Of a DNA stretch of 64,000 bases, positions 12,107 through 24,722 are shown in pieces. Source of the DNA: Eledone cirrhosa (Eukaryota); the NCBI GenBank assembly GCA_964016885.1, contig OZ024742.1, positions 98,270,001 to 98,334,000 on the forward strand. Reading direction: 5' to 3'. Under the pieces are notes generated by a model, which made no database searches, had not been told where the DNA came from, and worked only from the letters and a program-made list of their open reading frames with translations. Made by a program: the position numbers and the translations under genes. Position 1 is the stretch's first letter. The number at the start of each line of letters is the position of its first letter.

Positions 12107-15100
12107 ACAACAGCAGCAGCAACAACAGCAACCACACAACAAGAGCAACAGCGGCAGCCGCGGTCGTAGTATCAGCAGTAACAACAAAAGTCAAAGCAGC
12201 TCTGACGACAACAACAACAACAAGAAAGAAAAACCAATCTCGTTTGCAGGTATCGCAAATAACCTGGAAACCATCCTTATAACAAATGAGGAATTTCAGG
12301 AAGAAAGGAAGATGGTGACGAAAACCGGACACCGAGCAATCTGCAAGTCTGCCGAAGAATTTTTCGAAACCTAACAGCACTGTGCGGTCACGTACCATAC
12401 AGTAAGCACAAAATCACGTAAGGCTGAAAGAGCCACAGAGGCTCAAATGCAAAAAGTCTTTGGGTCTGTGTGGTAGCGGAAAACGCATATCACCCGAAGC
12501 AAGAAATATGCCACCGTGGACGCGCTTTTTGTGACACTCTAGGTGGCAAAGGCTCATTCCTTAGTAACCCTAAGGAGCGAGGAAATGGTGTTGGTGCTCT
12601 CCGACTGCGGGCAAAAAATTGTGAGGGTCAAACTGACCCTAGTCCCTCCCTCCCCCCGGGATGGCTCCTTCTTGGCTAACCGCGTCTGTCCTCGTCGGAA
12701 TCGAGGACAAAATAACCGTACTGCAAGTACAGAAAAAAGTACGAGAAGATTGGGTCGGCGCCTCCATTGAGATGTTAATTCAAACCAACCAGGAGTGCAT
12801 CGAAGCTATCCCGGATGTTATAGACTTCGATAACGGCACTCAACTTCCCATAAGTGTTGAGGGAAAACGCCCGAAATGCTTTCGCTGTTGGTCGAAGACT
12901 CAGCTCAGAGCCTTCTACAATAAGAAGACCTTGAGAAAGGAGAAAAGCCCCTCCTACCGAAACCGGCTCCACTGCTACCAGCAACAGGACAGGCGGCAAC
13001 CAGGAAGGATAGGTCCGTGGCACCCATACCCACGCCACGGAAATCAAGAACAGCAGCAGCAGTGGATGTATTAACAACAACAAGAGTAATACCAACTGCA
13101 GCTGCAACAGAGACTCCACTGCAACCATCACCAACAAGAACACGTGAAAGAGTGGAGCTGCTACCCTTCCCCGACCTCACAGAATCGGAAATGGAGTGTG
13201 AGGTGGGAGAGGGGTGGCAAAAGGTCGCAAGAAGGCACAAACGCAGAGCAGCGCATCATCGCCTTCGAAAAGGGAGGGAAGAAATGAAAAAAGGGTGAAG
13301 GCTACTGCAAAGAGACTTACAGCACCAACACCACCAACACCATCACCACCCATACTAGCACTACCATCACCACCAACTGCCAACAACAACAACTCCTTTA
13401 ACAACACCACCACAAGCACAAACATCGCAAATACAACAACAAAACACACACACCCAGCAACAACTACAAGAAAATAGCAGAACCATACTCCACCCCCAGA
13501 AAAAAAATGCACAGCAATAAATACACACAAGAAACTAATGACTTACATAATTGAACACAGACATTTCACAGCACGACTACATAATACCAGCACCAATCAA
13601 AACACCAACGAACATAAGACTGGTAAGAATATCACAGAAACAATACACAAACATTAAAATGAAATTTCCCAACACAGTTGGTGATTTCAGAGACCTAGGA
13701 GGGACACTGAACCGGAGAGTATACTCGGATATACTCACAGAAGAGCCGACGACCAGCCGAAGGGGCGATTCAACGGTCCCTTCACCGTTCCCCACTCAAC
13801 ATGGCTGTATTCAGGATCGGAAGTGTAAACGTGAGTGGCTTGAACTCGGTCTGGAAGCAGGGTCACTTGTTTAACGACCTCAGGTCACTAAACATAGATA
13901 TGGTGGCAATTAACGAGACGAGAATCTCCCAAACGCAAGCTTCCGCACCGATCTTCGACGGTTACGAGGTGTACGAATCTCCGAACCGTCCGGCAGCGGG
14001 GGTGGGTGGGGGGGGGGGGGGGGGCTGTGTTGTTTCGGAATGGCTTGGGTCTCGCCATACGGACCATCGTCCTGGTCCCAGAATGTAAGTCGGTGGTGCT
14101 GGACGTAAGTGGCACCGAAGGCAACGCTTTCAGGCTAGTAGCCGTCTATGCCCCGACAGGGATAAGACGGCCAGATTTCTTCAGACATCTAGAGACCTTT
14201 CTTGGAACGTCCCGCTCTTTAGTGTTAGTGGGCGACTGGAACGGATTCTTGGATTCACGCTGCGATTGTGTGGGGCTAGTAGATAGGGGAGGAGGGTGCA
14301 AGGGCCTCACAAACCTGCTCAGACGTTTTGAACTGTCTGACAGGTATCGATTGGATCACCCAATGTGCCAATGTAGACATGGACAAACCTCATTGGGTCA
14401 TCCAGATCGTATCTCGATAGGGTATTCTGCAGAGAACTAGATAAGGCTAGTATAAATTGTCCACAATTTAAAATAGTCGGACAAGCTTGCGGCGAGATTG
14501 GCACTCGACCAATTCCTCAACGCAAAACACGAAGGCTGCGTTGTCAGAGCTAGAGCGCGTGCTCTGAAACACGAGGGGACAAAGCCGTCCAATAGGCCCG
14601 GGTGGCATAGGCGCGCGTGCCAACAAAGCCACAATTCGGTCTTTAACTGACCATAACGGGCGCGTGTTGCTCGAACCCGGGAATATGTGTGAAGCTTTTC
14701 AGCAGCACTTTGCTGAACTGTTTGGGAGCAGCGGCGGGCCGGGTCGGCGTATGGGTTTCAGTGCACACCTCGACGGACTACCTCGGCTCTCGACGACCGC
14801 AGCACAGTGTTGCGAAAAACCAATTACAGCCGGTGAAATACGGGAAGCGATGGCTAACTGCACGAGGGGTAAATCGCCAGGTTTGGATGGTCTGCCTTAC
14901 GAGCTTTATGCATTTATGCCAGACTTGTTCGCTGACCTCTTGGCAGACGTCTACTGCAACTGGCAGCAGAACAGGAGCATTCCCAGTTTTGTGAGCTGGG
15001 GAGCGATCGCACTGCTGAGAAAATACCCGAACAAGGGGGGTGTTATCGATAACTTCAGGTCCATAACCCTGTTAAACGCAGAGTTCAAGATTTTTGAAAA

Positions 15101-17208
15101 GGTGTTAGCAACGAGGTTGGCCCTTGTCGTCAAGGGTCTGGTGGGAGAGCCGTAGACATGCGCCATTCCGGACAGATCCATAAACAACAACCTTCACCTC
15201 ATGCGATACATCATAGAGAGGGTGGTTAAGTAACCTGGCACGGGTGGGATCCTGATCAACTTGGATCAATCCAAAGCATTTGATAGGGTCGACCATTGGT
15301 ACCTGGCGGTGGTCCTCGAGGGTGCCGGTTTCGGGCTCGTTTTCAGGGGTTGGATCGCTGCGATATACAGCGACATCTGCTCACTTGTGATGGTGAACGG
15401 TCACCTGTCGCAGCCGTTCAGCATCATGCACTCGGTCCGCCAGGGTTGTCCCCTCTTGTCCCTCTTGTACGTATTGGCTCTCGAGCCGTTACTCCACAAA
15501 CTGGGGAGATGAGGGGCGTCCTATGCGAACTAGGATGCGGGAAATCCGAGTCTGCTTGCGCCGACGACGTTTCCGTAGTGGTGTCGAGCACCAGACACGT
15601 CCAGATGCTCAGCACTGCTTTCAAGGAATACGAAGCGGTGGCAGGAGCAAAGATAAACCAGGAAAATTCGTTGGGCTTGCAGCTCGGCACCTGAAGAGGC
15701 AAGTCCATGCCGTCCGAGAGTGTCGTGGGGCGTTGGACGACGGACCGGTTAAATTGCTCAGGGTCTGGTTCAGACCGGACCTCCAGATTGAGAAAAACTG
15801 GAGCGAGCTGACGAGCAGTGTGGGCTCCCTCACCCAGAAATGGTCCGAGATGAAGCTGTCCCAGAAAGGCCGGGCGGAGGTGGCGTATGCGTACATCACA
15901 TCCGTCATCTGCTACCGCCTCACCGTCGTCCCTTGCCCCGGCCCAACTCTCACCACAATGGAACTCCTCCTCTACCGCTTTTTGTGGAAGGGACGCGCTC
16001 CCATGGTCAGAAGATCCATCTGCTGTCAACACCCATTGTGTGGAGGACTCCGTATGCCATGGCTGATGATGCGCAAACATGCGCTGAGGCTACGACATCT
16101 CTAGTGCTTCCTTGACGGTGAACAGGTGTGGTCGCCGTTCGCCAGGCACGTTTTCCCACAGCTCGTCTCCTTGACGGAGCTGCAGTCCTGGGTCAGCAAA
16201 AGACCGATGGATAGCGCTTGGAAACTGGAGTGTCTCCAGGCGCTCACTGACCTCTGCCAGCTGGGCACCAGTATCGGTGGGACATCCACCTCGGCATTCC
16301 ATAGAGGACTAGTGGAGGGGAAGAGCGACGACGTTCTCGGAGAGATCCTGGGCGTCGAAGAAGATCAGCTGTCTGCTCTCTTCCGGAGAACTTTCAGCCC
16401 AGGGCCTATGGATAACTTCCAAAATCCCTGGCCTGGCAGTGCTACCGGGGAGCTTTGCCAGTTCGAGATAAGCTCTACAGGCACGGAAGTGCCGTCAGCC
16501 GAGCCTGTCCGAGATGCGCTCAGAGTGACGAAACCGTTGTGCACGCACTCGGTGAGTGCCCGAGCATTGCTGACTTGTAGAAATATGTCTAACAGTTGCT
16601 GTCACGTGTAGGACTGATCCGGTTATCGACTGTGTCCATTGTGCAGTTGGTCTCGCCGTCTTCCTTCGGGGAGGAAGGGCAGGCGGCTTTCATCTGCCTG
16701 GTGGTCATGGCGAACGAGATTGTGTGGTGGACAAGGTTGAAAGGGTTAAAGACAGGCACTTTCCTCTTCGGCGAATCCCTAATTAACTTTTTCAAGTTTC
16801 ACTTGAAGAGTAAAATCAGGCTGGAGAGGAAAGTGCTGCCTTCTAGCAAGTTTGTTGAAAGATGGGTGAATGTAGCGAGAATGGTGCGAGTGAACACGAC
16901 CGCTCTGAATATACGCCTGAGAAATGGAAAAATTGAGAGAGGGCGCTTGCCCTGGTGGTCAGAGTGGCCGTGGTCTTTTGTGTGGTTTTCGCAAACGAGT
17001 AACCCTCGGAGGCTACCTCCCTATTGGGGAATTTTTTCATTGTTTCAATTTTCATGTCTATTGTTTATATATATATATGTTTATATGTCTTTTTTTCTTT
17101 TCTTATATAAATAATAAAAATCTTTACACGCACAAAACCCACATCGTACCGTCCTGTGCTGTCTGTAATGTTTTTCTTGATGTCAGCCCTTGTGGCAATA
17201 AAGAAATC
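11617..17208 (+). mobile_element. Tx1/L1-clade retrotransposon, copy B (full-length extent, divergent subfamily, disrupted)
   Basis: 5' UTR; ORF1 with polyQ, PISFAGIA and CFRCWSKTQLRAF (decayed knuckle); ORF2 from ATG 13801; 3' end CCCTTGTGGCAATAAAGAAATC-(ATT)n. Confidence 0.92.
13801..16920 (+). pseudogene. Tx1-B ORF2 (APE-RT-zinc finger), disrupted
   Basis: MAVFRIGSVNVSGL, INETR, AVYAP, VGDWN, KSPGLDGLPYE, DQSKAFDRVDH, VRQGCP, CADDV, C-terminal CPRC..ETV.HAL..CP. Deletion near 14478. Confidence 0.9.
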
Positions 17209-17229
17209 ATTATTATTATTATTATTATT
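17209..17229. repeat. (ATT)7 junction between Tx1-B tail and R4/Dong-2 tail
   Basis: attattattattattattatt. Confidence 0.95.
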
Positions 17230-19027
17230 GTTCTTTGAGTCTCAGTCATTGATTTTAGTTAACTGGAAAGTTTGTTGAAATGAATATCAAGCAACTGCCT
17301 GCAGCCTCAGATATTCAGGACGTATCGGGGGGTTCTTGCTGTTCCCAGTAAGCATGCCTTTTGAAGTGTTCCAAAGAGCGGGGCGGGGCCAATTCTCTTT
17401 AACCATCCCTGGAAACTTTTTGAGATAGTACCTAGTGCGCCTATGACAATCGGGATCACTTTGAATTCATGGCAGTTCCAAATCCTTTTCACCTCCCACT
17501 TTAACATCTGGTATCGGTTAATTTTCTCCCTCTCCTTCTCTTGCACTCTCGCGTCGAATGGGCAGGCTACATCCACAATCAGGCACGATCTTTTTTCCTT
17601 GTCCAAAACCACCAGGTCAGGTCTATTGTGTTCCAGGTTCTTGTCCGTCTGTATCTTAAAATCCCACAGCACCTTCACCTGATCGTTTTCTATCACCGAC
17701 TCTGGCTTGTGCTCATACCACTTCTCAGAATGTGGTAAATTGTTTACATTGCATAGGTGCCATTGGATCACCCTGCCCATCACATCATGTCTCCAGCCTT
17801 TATAGTGAGTCTGGGCTAGGTGTTTACACTCGGATACAATGTGAGCCACAGTCTCCCCTCTCTCTCTCCAGATCCTGCACAGTGGGCTAGCCTCCTCCTT
17901 GTAAATATGGTGTTTCAGCCACTTCGTTGTGAGGGCCTGCTCTTGCGTAGCCATTAGCATTCCTTCTGTAGCCTTTTAAGGTCCCTTCTTTTCAACCAGT
18001 TCTATGTCTGTGGATCTCTAAATCAGTTTTCTCAAAGAAGGTACTGTGAAGGGATTTTTCCTGAAGGCTGCTCTTTCTCCTTGATGTTATTTCCTCCTTG
18101 GACATCCCCTGGCCTATTGTCCGCTCCGTCAGTACAGTTCTGAGCATTGGCTCCTTACTATCAGTCACGTATTTGTGTAGGTTGTTTTTCTCCATCTGAA
18201 CACAGTCCTCTATGCTGATAAGACCTCTTCCACCTTCAGATCTCCTTAAGTAGAGTCTATCGACATCACTCCTCTTCTGGAACATGTTGTAGATAGTCAA
18301 TAGCTTCCTAGTCTTCCTATCCATTTCTTTTTGTTCAGCAACATTCCATCTCAGAATTCACGCACTGTACCTAATAATAGACACAGCTTGGGAATTTACT
18401 GCACTTATGGCTGCACTACTGTTCAGATGTGACTTTAATACACTCCTTACTCTCCGAATCTATTCAGATCTTATCAATTCCTTCATTTTTTGGTTCTTGA
18501 AGTCATCAGCCTCCAGAACACCCAAATACTTGTATCCTTCTTCAGTGTCAATTTCCTTTATCATCTCACCTGTTGGTACCTGGATTCCGTTGCTTCTGCT
18601 CAATTTACCCCTCTTCATCACAAGGACTCCACACTTACTAATACCAAATTGCATACATATATCATTGCTGAAAATACGGACAGTGTCAACAAGCACATCC
18701 AACTCCTTCTCACTCTTCCCGAAGAGCTTAAGATCGTCCATGAAGAAGAGGTGATTGATGGTAAGCTCTCCCTTTCCCAACTTGTATCCTGGTCTCACTT
18801 TTCGCAGCATAATGGTCATCAGGGTAAGGACAAACAAGAGAAGGGACAGACTATCTCCCTGGAAGATACCTGACTTCATCTTCACGCCTCCCAATGATTC
18901 TCCAGCTGATGTTAACTCTGTTTTCCAGGACTTCATACTTTTGCTCAACAACTGTCTGATGTTATCTGCCACCTTGAAGATCTCTAGGCTTTTGGTGATC
19001 CAAGAATGAGGCACCATGTCAAATACC
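17230..19027 (-). mobile_element. R4/Dong-clade retrotransposon, copy 2 (5'-truncated inside RT; different subfamily from copy 1)
   Basis: FDMVPHSW, GIFQGDSLS, HLFFMDDLKLF, YKYLG, RLYL.RSEGGRGL, CRI..ETVAHIVSEC, RHD, NRPDLVV, VDVACP, EKINRY, PIVIGALG; stop at 17307. Confidence 0.9.

Positions 19028-19062
<35 letters not shown>
19028..19062. repeat. (ATT)n junction between R4/Dong-2 5' truncation and Tx1-C head
   Basis: Pure ATT run of about 35 bp. Confidence 0.95.
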
Positions 19063-22000
19063 GGCGACCTACGTAGAAATTGTATCATCGTGAGCTCCGC
19101 AAATGTTTGTTATTTTCGGTTGTTTAAAATTGCCATTTATGGAAACTTTTTCTTGTTAACTGTACATAATTGCACATACATTGATTTCTGAAAAGGACAC
19201 TCAAAATTTAAACTTTTTATAATTATCCAAAATTTAAACTTTTTATAATTATCAAACAAAATTTTCTTTGAAAAATCATGGCCGACTCAGAGTCACACCT
19301 TCCTCACAAACTAACACCTCACACCGACACCACCATTGTAAATATTACTACGTTTGCCAACACTAAAAATATTAGCAGTAGCAATATCTTAAATTTGTCT
19401 CAGGCAGACATTCATTTCCCGCCATTACCAATGACAGCCGGTGTTAAAGCCGCCACCCCCACCACCACCACAGCGACAACAGAAACAAAAGAAAAAAATA
19501 AATTAACTCGTGATATCGAAATGAATTCAACCAAAATTAACTCTTCCACACCGAACACCACTGACGCCACCACCACTACCACCACAACTGAAACTAAAAT
19601 TAATAATAACAAAAATAACGATAACAACAACAGCAACAATGAAATTAAGAAAACCACCCTGAGTTTTGCCAGAGTAGCAAAAACGTGCGAAGCGATCCAG
19701 GTAACTCAGGAGGAATTAGAAGAAGCCAAAAGAATGGTAAAGAAAGATGGGTACAGGGCCAGCCTCGCCCCCCAAATAAAATGGAGCATCGTCGCCTATG
19801 CATCGTGTCTTATCGGACAATTAACATAAAATCGCGCTGAGTGGAACGGGCATCCGAGTCCCAAATCCAAAAATGTTTGGGACATGTGTGGGCAAAAAAA
19901 AGCCACATCCGACGTGGGCAGAAATATGGAATGGTGGACGTGTTCTTTGAAACACCACAGGAGGCCAGAGAACACTCCATGGCCCCATTAAAAAGTGACA
20001 ACTTCACACTCGTCCCTGGCTATTGTGGCCAGAGACTCGTAAAGATCAGGGTGACCCACGTTCCACCGGCCATCGAAATTCCCTGGCTAATGGCTGCCGT
20101 CCTGGCCGGCATCGAGGCCAATACTAAAATAATAGAAATAGCAAAAGAAAAACAGGAGAACTGGTCCGGAAGCAACTGTAACTGCAACAACCACAGCAAC
20201 AGTAACAAAACCAACACCACCACCACCACCCAACGCGCCAGAACTATCACCAGCGCCTACACCATCAACCACGCCACAACCAAAATCAACGCGCTGTGGA
20301 GGATTTTCCACTCCCCGGCTTACCGCAACTGGAGACATTGTGACGATGAGGAGTGGGAAACGGTATCAGAAAAAAAGAAAAAAAAGAAACCAAAAATGAA
20401 AAAGATTCTCTTCATTCCCTCTCCAAAAACAAAATACAGAGGGAAACAAATAAACTATCAAACAAAAAAGTTAGGACAGATATGCCACCATCCACACCAG
20501 CATCACCAATCCCATCACCCCAAACACCAACACCATCACCATCATTAACCCCAATACCACCATCACCAACACCACAAAAGTCACCAAAAAACGAAACAGA
20601 AACAAACCCACAACGAACGCAAACAAAACAAAACAACCAAAGAGTTACACACTACACAGCATTAAATTTGAACAACAACCAATTATTACACTACATCCAA
20701 CACAACACCAGCATCACAGAAAAAGACTACACAACAACCCAAAAGTTCACACCACCTCCACACATACAAATCACTCGCATCACACAGATGACTAAACATA
20801 GATGTAGTGGCCATCAGCGAGACCAGAATCTCCGAAGCACGGGCCTTCGCACCGATCTTCGGCGTCTACGATGTGTACGCATCTCCCAGCCGTCCGGGTA
20901 CGGGGGGAGGAGTTGCTGTGCTTTTTCGGAGAGGTTTGGATCTCGCCATACGGGCCATCTTCCTGGAACCAGAAGGTAAGTTGGTGGTGCTAGACGTCAC
21001 CAGCGGAGACGGGCAAGCTTTCAGGCTAGTGGCCGTATATTCCCCGACAGGTGCAGGGCGGCCTGATTTCTTCCGGCGTCTGGAGACCTTTCTTGGAACG
21101 TCCCGCTCTTTAGTGTTAGTGGGCGACTGGAACGGGATCTTAGATGCACGCTGGGACTGTGTGGGATTAGCGGATAGGGGAGGAGGGTGCAAGGGCCTCA
21201 CCAACATGCTCAGGCATTTTGAACTGTCTGACAGGTACCGATTGGATTTCCCGAATGTGCCAATGTGGACTTGGAGAAACCGCATCGGGTCATCCAGATC
21301 ATATCTAGATAGAGTATTTTGTTGGGAAATAGATAGGTCTAGCATAGGCTGTCCACAATTCAAGATAGTCAGCTACACGGACCACAAATTTGTGATCTGT
21401 GTGCTTGACTTAGATAGGCTTCATAGACGAGTACCCGGCTACTAGAGGCTAAACGCGTCCTTACCAGCGCGCAAGGCCTACAGAGAACGGATTAGCGAAC
21501 TAGTTAAGCGGGCGTTGACGGGGGCCATCGTCAACAACAAGTGGTGGTTTGCTCTGAAAAGAGCAATTAGAATAGAGTCCATTAGTTTTAGTAAGTCTTT
21601 AGCAATAGAGAAAAATAGAGCAGAGGGAGACCTTATTAGAAAATTAGACGAGGTGCTTACCAAAGGCACCGTGACCGACGTACTTGTGGCGAAATTGGCC
21701 CTTGACCAATTTATCAATGCAAAGCACGAAGGCTGCGTTATCAGAGCTAGGGTGCGTGCTCTCAGACACGAGGTGACGAAAGCCTTTCAATGGCCCCGAG
21801 TGGCGGAGGCGCGTCGTGGCAACGAAGCCACGATCCGGTCTTTGGTGGACCACGACGGGCGCATGATACTCGATCCCGGGCAAATGTGTGAAGCTTTTCA
21901 GCGACACTTCACACAGCTGTTCGGGGGCAACGGTGGGCCGGATCCAGGGATGGACTTTAGTGTCTACCTCGACGGACTGCCGTGGCTCTCGGCCACTGAG

Positions 22001-24361
22001 GCGGAGTGTTGCGAAAAGCCGATAACAGCCGCTGAAGTACGGGAGGCAATGAATGGTTGAACAAGGGGTAAATCGCCTGCTTCGGATGGTCTGCCCTATG
22101 AACTTTACGTACAGATGCCAAACTTGTTCGGAGGCCTCTTGGCGGACGTCTACTGCAACTGGCAACAGAACAGGAGAATTCCCAGCTCTGTGAGCCGAGG
22201 AGCTGTGGCGCTGCTGAGAAAGGATCCGAACAAGGGGGATAACAGATAATTTTAAGCCCATAACTCTTTTAAACACAGAGTTCAAGATTTAGTACAAGGT
22301 GCTAGCAAAGAGGTTGGCGCTTGTCGTTGGTGGTCTGGTGGGAGAGGCGTAGACATGCGCCATTCCCGATAGATCCATCCACGACAACCTCCACCTCATT
22401 CGATACATCGTAGAGAGGGTAGCTAGGGAACCTGGCACGGGTGGGTCCTTGATAAATTTAGATCAGTCGAAAGCTTTCGATAGGGTCGACCATCTTTACC
22501 TAGAGGCATTCCTGAGGGCGGCTGGCCAGTCTTCAGAGGCTGGATCGCTGCCATGCCCAGCGACATCTGCCCTGTGGTGAGAGTGAACGGTCACCTTTCG
22601 GAACCGTTCAACATCATGCGCTCGGTCCACCAAGGATGTCCCCTCTCGTCCCTCTTGTACGTATTGACTCTCGAGGCATTACTGCACAAACTGGAGACGT
22701 TGAGGGGGTCCCGCGCGAACTAGGATGCGGAAGATACGTGTCAACATATGCGGACGATGTCACCGTAGTGGTGTCGAACGCCAAACACATGGGGGCGATC
22801 GGCACTACACTAAGAGAATACGAAGCGGTGACAGGTGCAATGATCAACCAAGAAAATCAGTGGGCCTGCAGCTCGGCACCTGGAGAGGCAGGTCCATGCG
22901 TCCAACAGCGTTGTCGGGCGCTGGACGGACGGACCAGTTAAATTGCTCGGTGTCTGGTCGGTCCGGACCTCCAGACGGACAAGAACTGGGACGAGGTGAC
23001 GAGCAGGGTGGCTTCTCTCACCCAGAAATGGGCGGCGAGGAAGCTATCACTGAAAGGTCGAGCGGAGGTGGCTAACGCGTACATCGCTCCGTCATCTACT
23101 ACCGCCTGACCGTCGTACCTTGTCCTAAGCCTCGCCTGACTGCGCTGGAGCGTTTGCTTTTTAGCTTTTTGTGGAAGGGACGCGCTCCGATGGTCAGGCG
23201 GTCCATCTGCTGTCAACACCCTCTACGTGGAGGGCTGGGAATGCTGTGGCTGATGATGCGCAGACATGCGCTCAGGCTACGACATCTCCACCTCTTCTTC
23301 GACGGTTAGCAGGTGCGGTCGCCGTTTGCTAGACACGTCTTTCTCCAGCTCGTCTCCTTGACGGAGCTGCAGTCCTGGGTCAAGCGAAGACCGAGAGGGA
23401 GCGCTTGGAGACTGGAATGTCTTTAGGCGCTCACAGCCCTCGACCAATCGGGCAATCTGATCGGTGGAAACTCCACCTTGGCGTTCTATAGAGTATTAGT
23501 GGAGGGGAAGAGCGACGACGTACTTGGGAAAAATCTAGGCCTCAACGAAAATCAACTAGCCAATCGCTTCGGAAGAACTTTCGGGCCAGGGCCTATGGAC
23601 AACTTCCAGAAATCTCTGGCCTGGCAGTGCTACCGAGGAGCTTTGACAGTTCGGGATAAACTCTACAGGCATGGAGGTGCCGTCAGCAGGGCATGTCGGA
23701 GATGCGCGCAGGGCAATGAAACCGTACTGCACGCCCTCGTCCAGTCTCCGAGCATTGCTGACTTGTGGGTTTATGTCGAACACCTGCTGTCGCGTGTAGG
23801 ACGGATCCAGCTATCAGCTGAGTCTATCGTGAGGATTGCCCCGCCGTCTTCCTTTAGCCGGGAAGGGCAGGCAGTTTTTATCTGTCTGGTGGTCATGGCG
23901 AAAGAGATAGTATGGTGGACACGTTTGAAAGGGATGAAGACGAGCACTTACCTCTTCGCTGCTGCCCTGATTATCTTTTTTAAATTTCATTTGAAAAGGA
24001 AAATCAGGGTAGAGAGTGAAGTGCTCTCTTCCCAGCATTTTGTTGAAAGATGGGTAAGAGAAGCAAGTATGGCCCGAGTGAATGGGCCTACTCTGAGTAT
24101 GTGTCTGTAAATTAAAGGTGGAAAACTGGGAGAGGGCACTTGCCCTGGTGGTCAGGGTCACTGTGGCTTTTTAATGCGCTTTCTCCACGAATGTCCGTCG
24201 GAAGTCTCCCCCCTATTGGGGAATTTTTTCATTGGTCTATTATTACATCCTCTGTTTCTTGTTTTTTTACACGCAGAAATGCCCTTTTGTATCGTCCTGT
24301 ATTGTTCTGTACTGTCCTTAATGTCTACATTATGTAAACCCTTGTGGTTAATAAAGTAAGC
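19063..24361 (+). mobile_element. Tx1/L1-clade retrotransposon, copy C (intact ends, internal deletions)
   Basis: ORF1 ATG at 19278 (TLSFARVA). ORF2 APE/RT motifs and CRRCAQGNETVLHALVQ zinc finger, stop 24110. 3' end CCCTTGTGGTTAATAAAGTAAGC-(ATT)n. Deletions near 20170 and 20787 relative to copy A. Confidence 0.93.
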
Positions 24362-24376
24362 ATTATTATTATTATT

Positions 24377-24416
24377 GTACTGGGTAATTGCTGGCCTTGT
24401 GCCTAAAGTAGAATCA
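24377..24416 (+). mobile_element. 5'-truncated SINE tail inside the ATT run behind Tx1-C
   Basis: gtactgggtaattgctggccttgtgcctaaagtagaatca matches the 3' end of the SINE at 1258-1435; attattattgt lies on both sides. Confidence 0.8.
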
Positions 24417-24675
24417 ATTATTATTGTTATTATTATTATTATTATTATTATAAAATATATATATATATATAGTATTAGTTATACTATTTATGGTTATGTA
24501 AATACAAAATCTTATGCAGTTATAAGTATTTTACACACACCCTAAATAGTGGTAGGCAGTAATGTATTACTACCTTATTACCAGTAAGTTAAGTAGCTCA
24601 ATGTAAAAACATCAGATGATTTACAGAGCAGTTATATGAAATATAAGAATCAAAGAACTGTTCAAAACATTATTG

Positions 24676-24722
24676 TGCTTACAGCTGTTTCCTCCAAACC
24701 GAGATTTGGATTCTTCGGAGCA
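24676..24722 (-). ncRNA. Hammerhead ribozyme motif (left pLTR arm)
   Basis: Reverse complement of 28086-28132 with one change in stem II that gives a U-G wobble. Confidence 0.65.

Noticed and set aside
3945-19027. Segmental tandem duplication of a Tx1+Dong unit
   Set aside because: Tx1-A versus B and Dong-1 versus 2 are clearly different subfamilies with different truncation points.
4993-24110. Bacterial-type RT system (retron, DGR, group II intron) or CRISPR array
   Set aside because: The RTs have non-LTR motifs with APE or RLE domains in eukaryotic repeat DNA; there is no repeat-spacer array.
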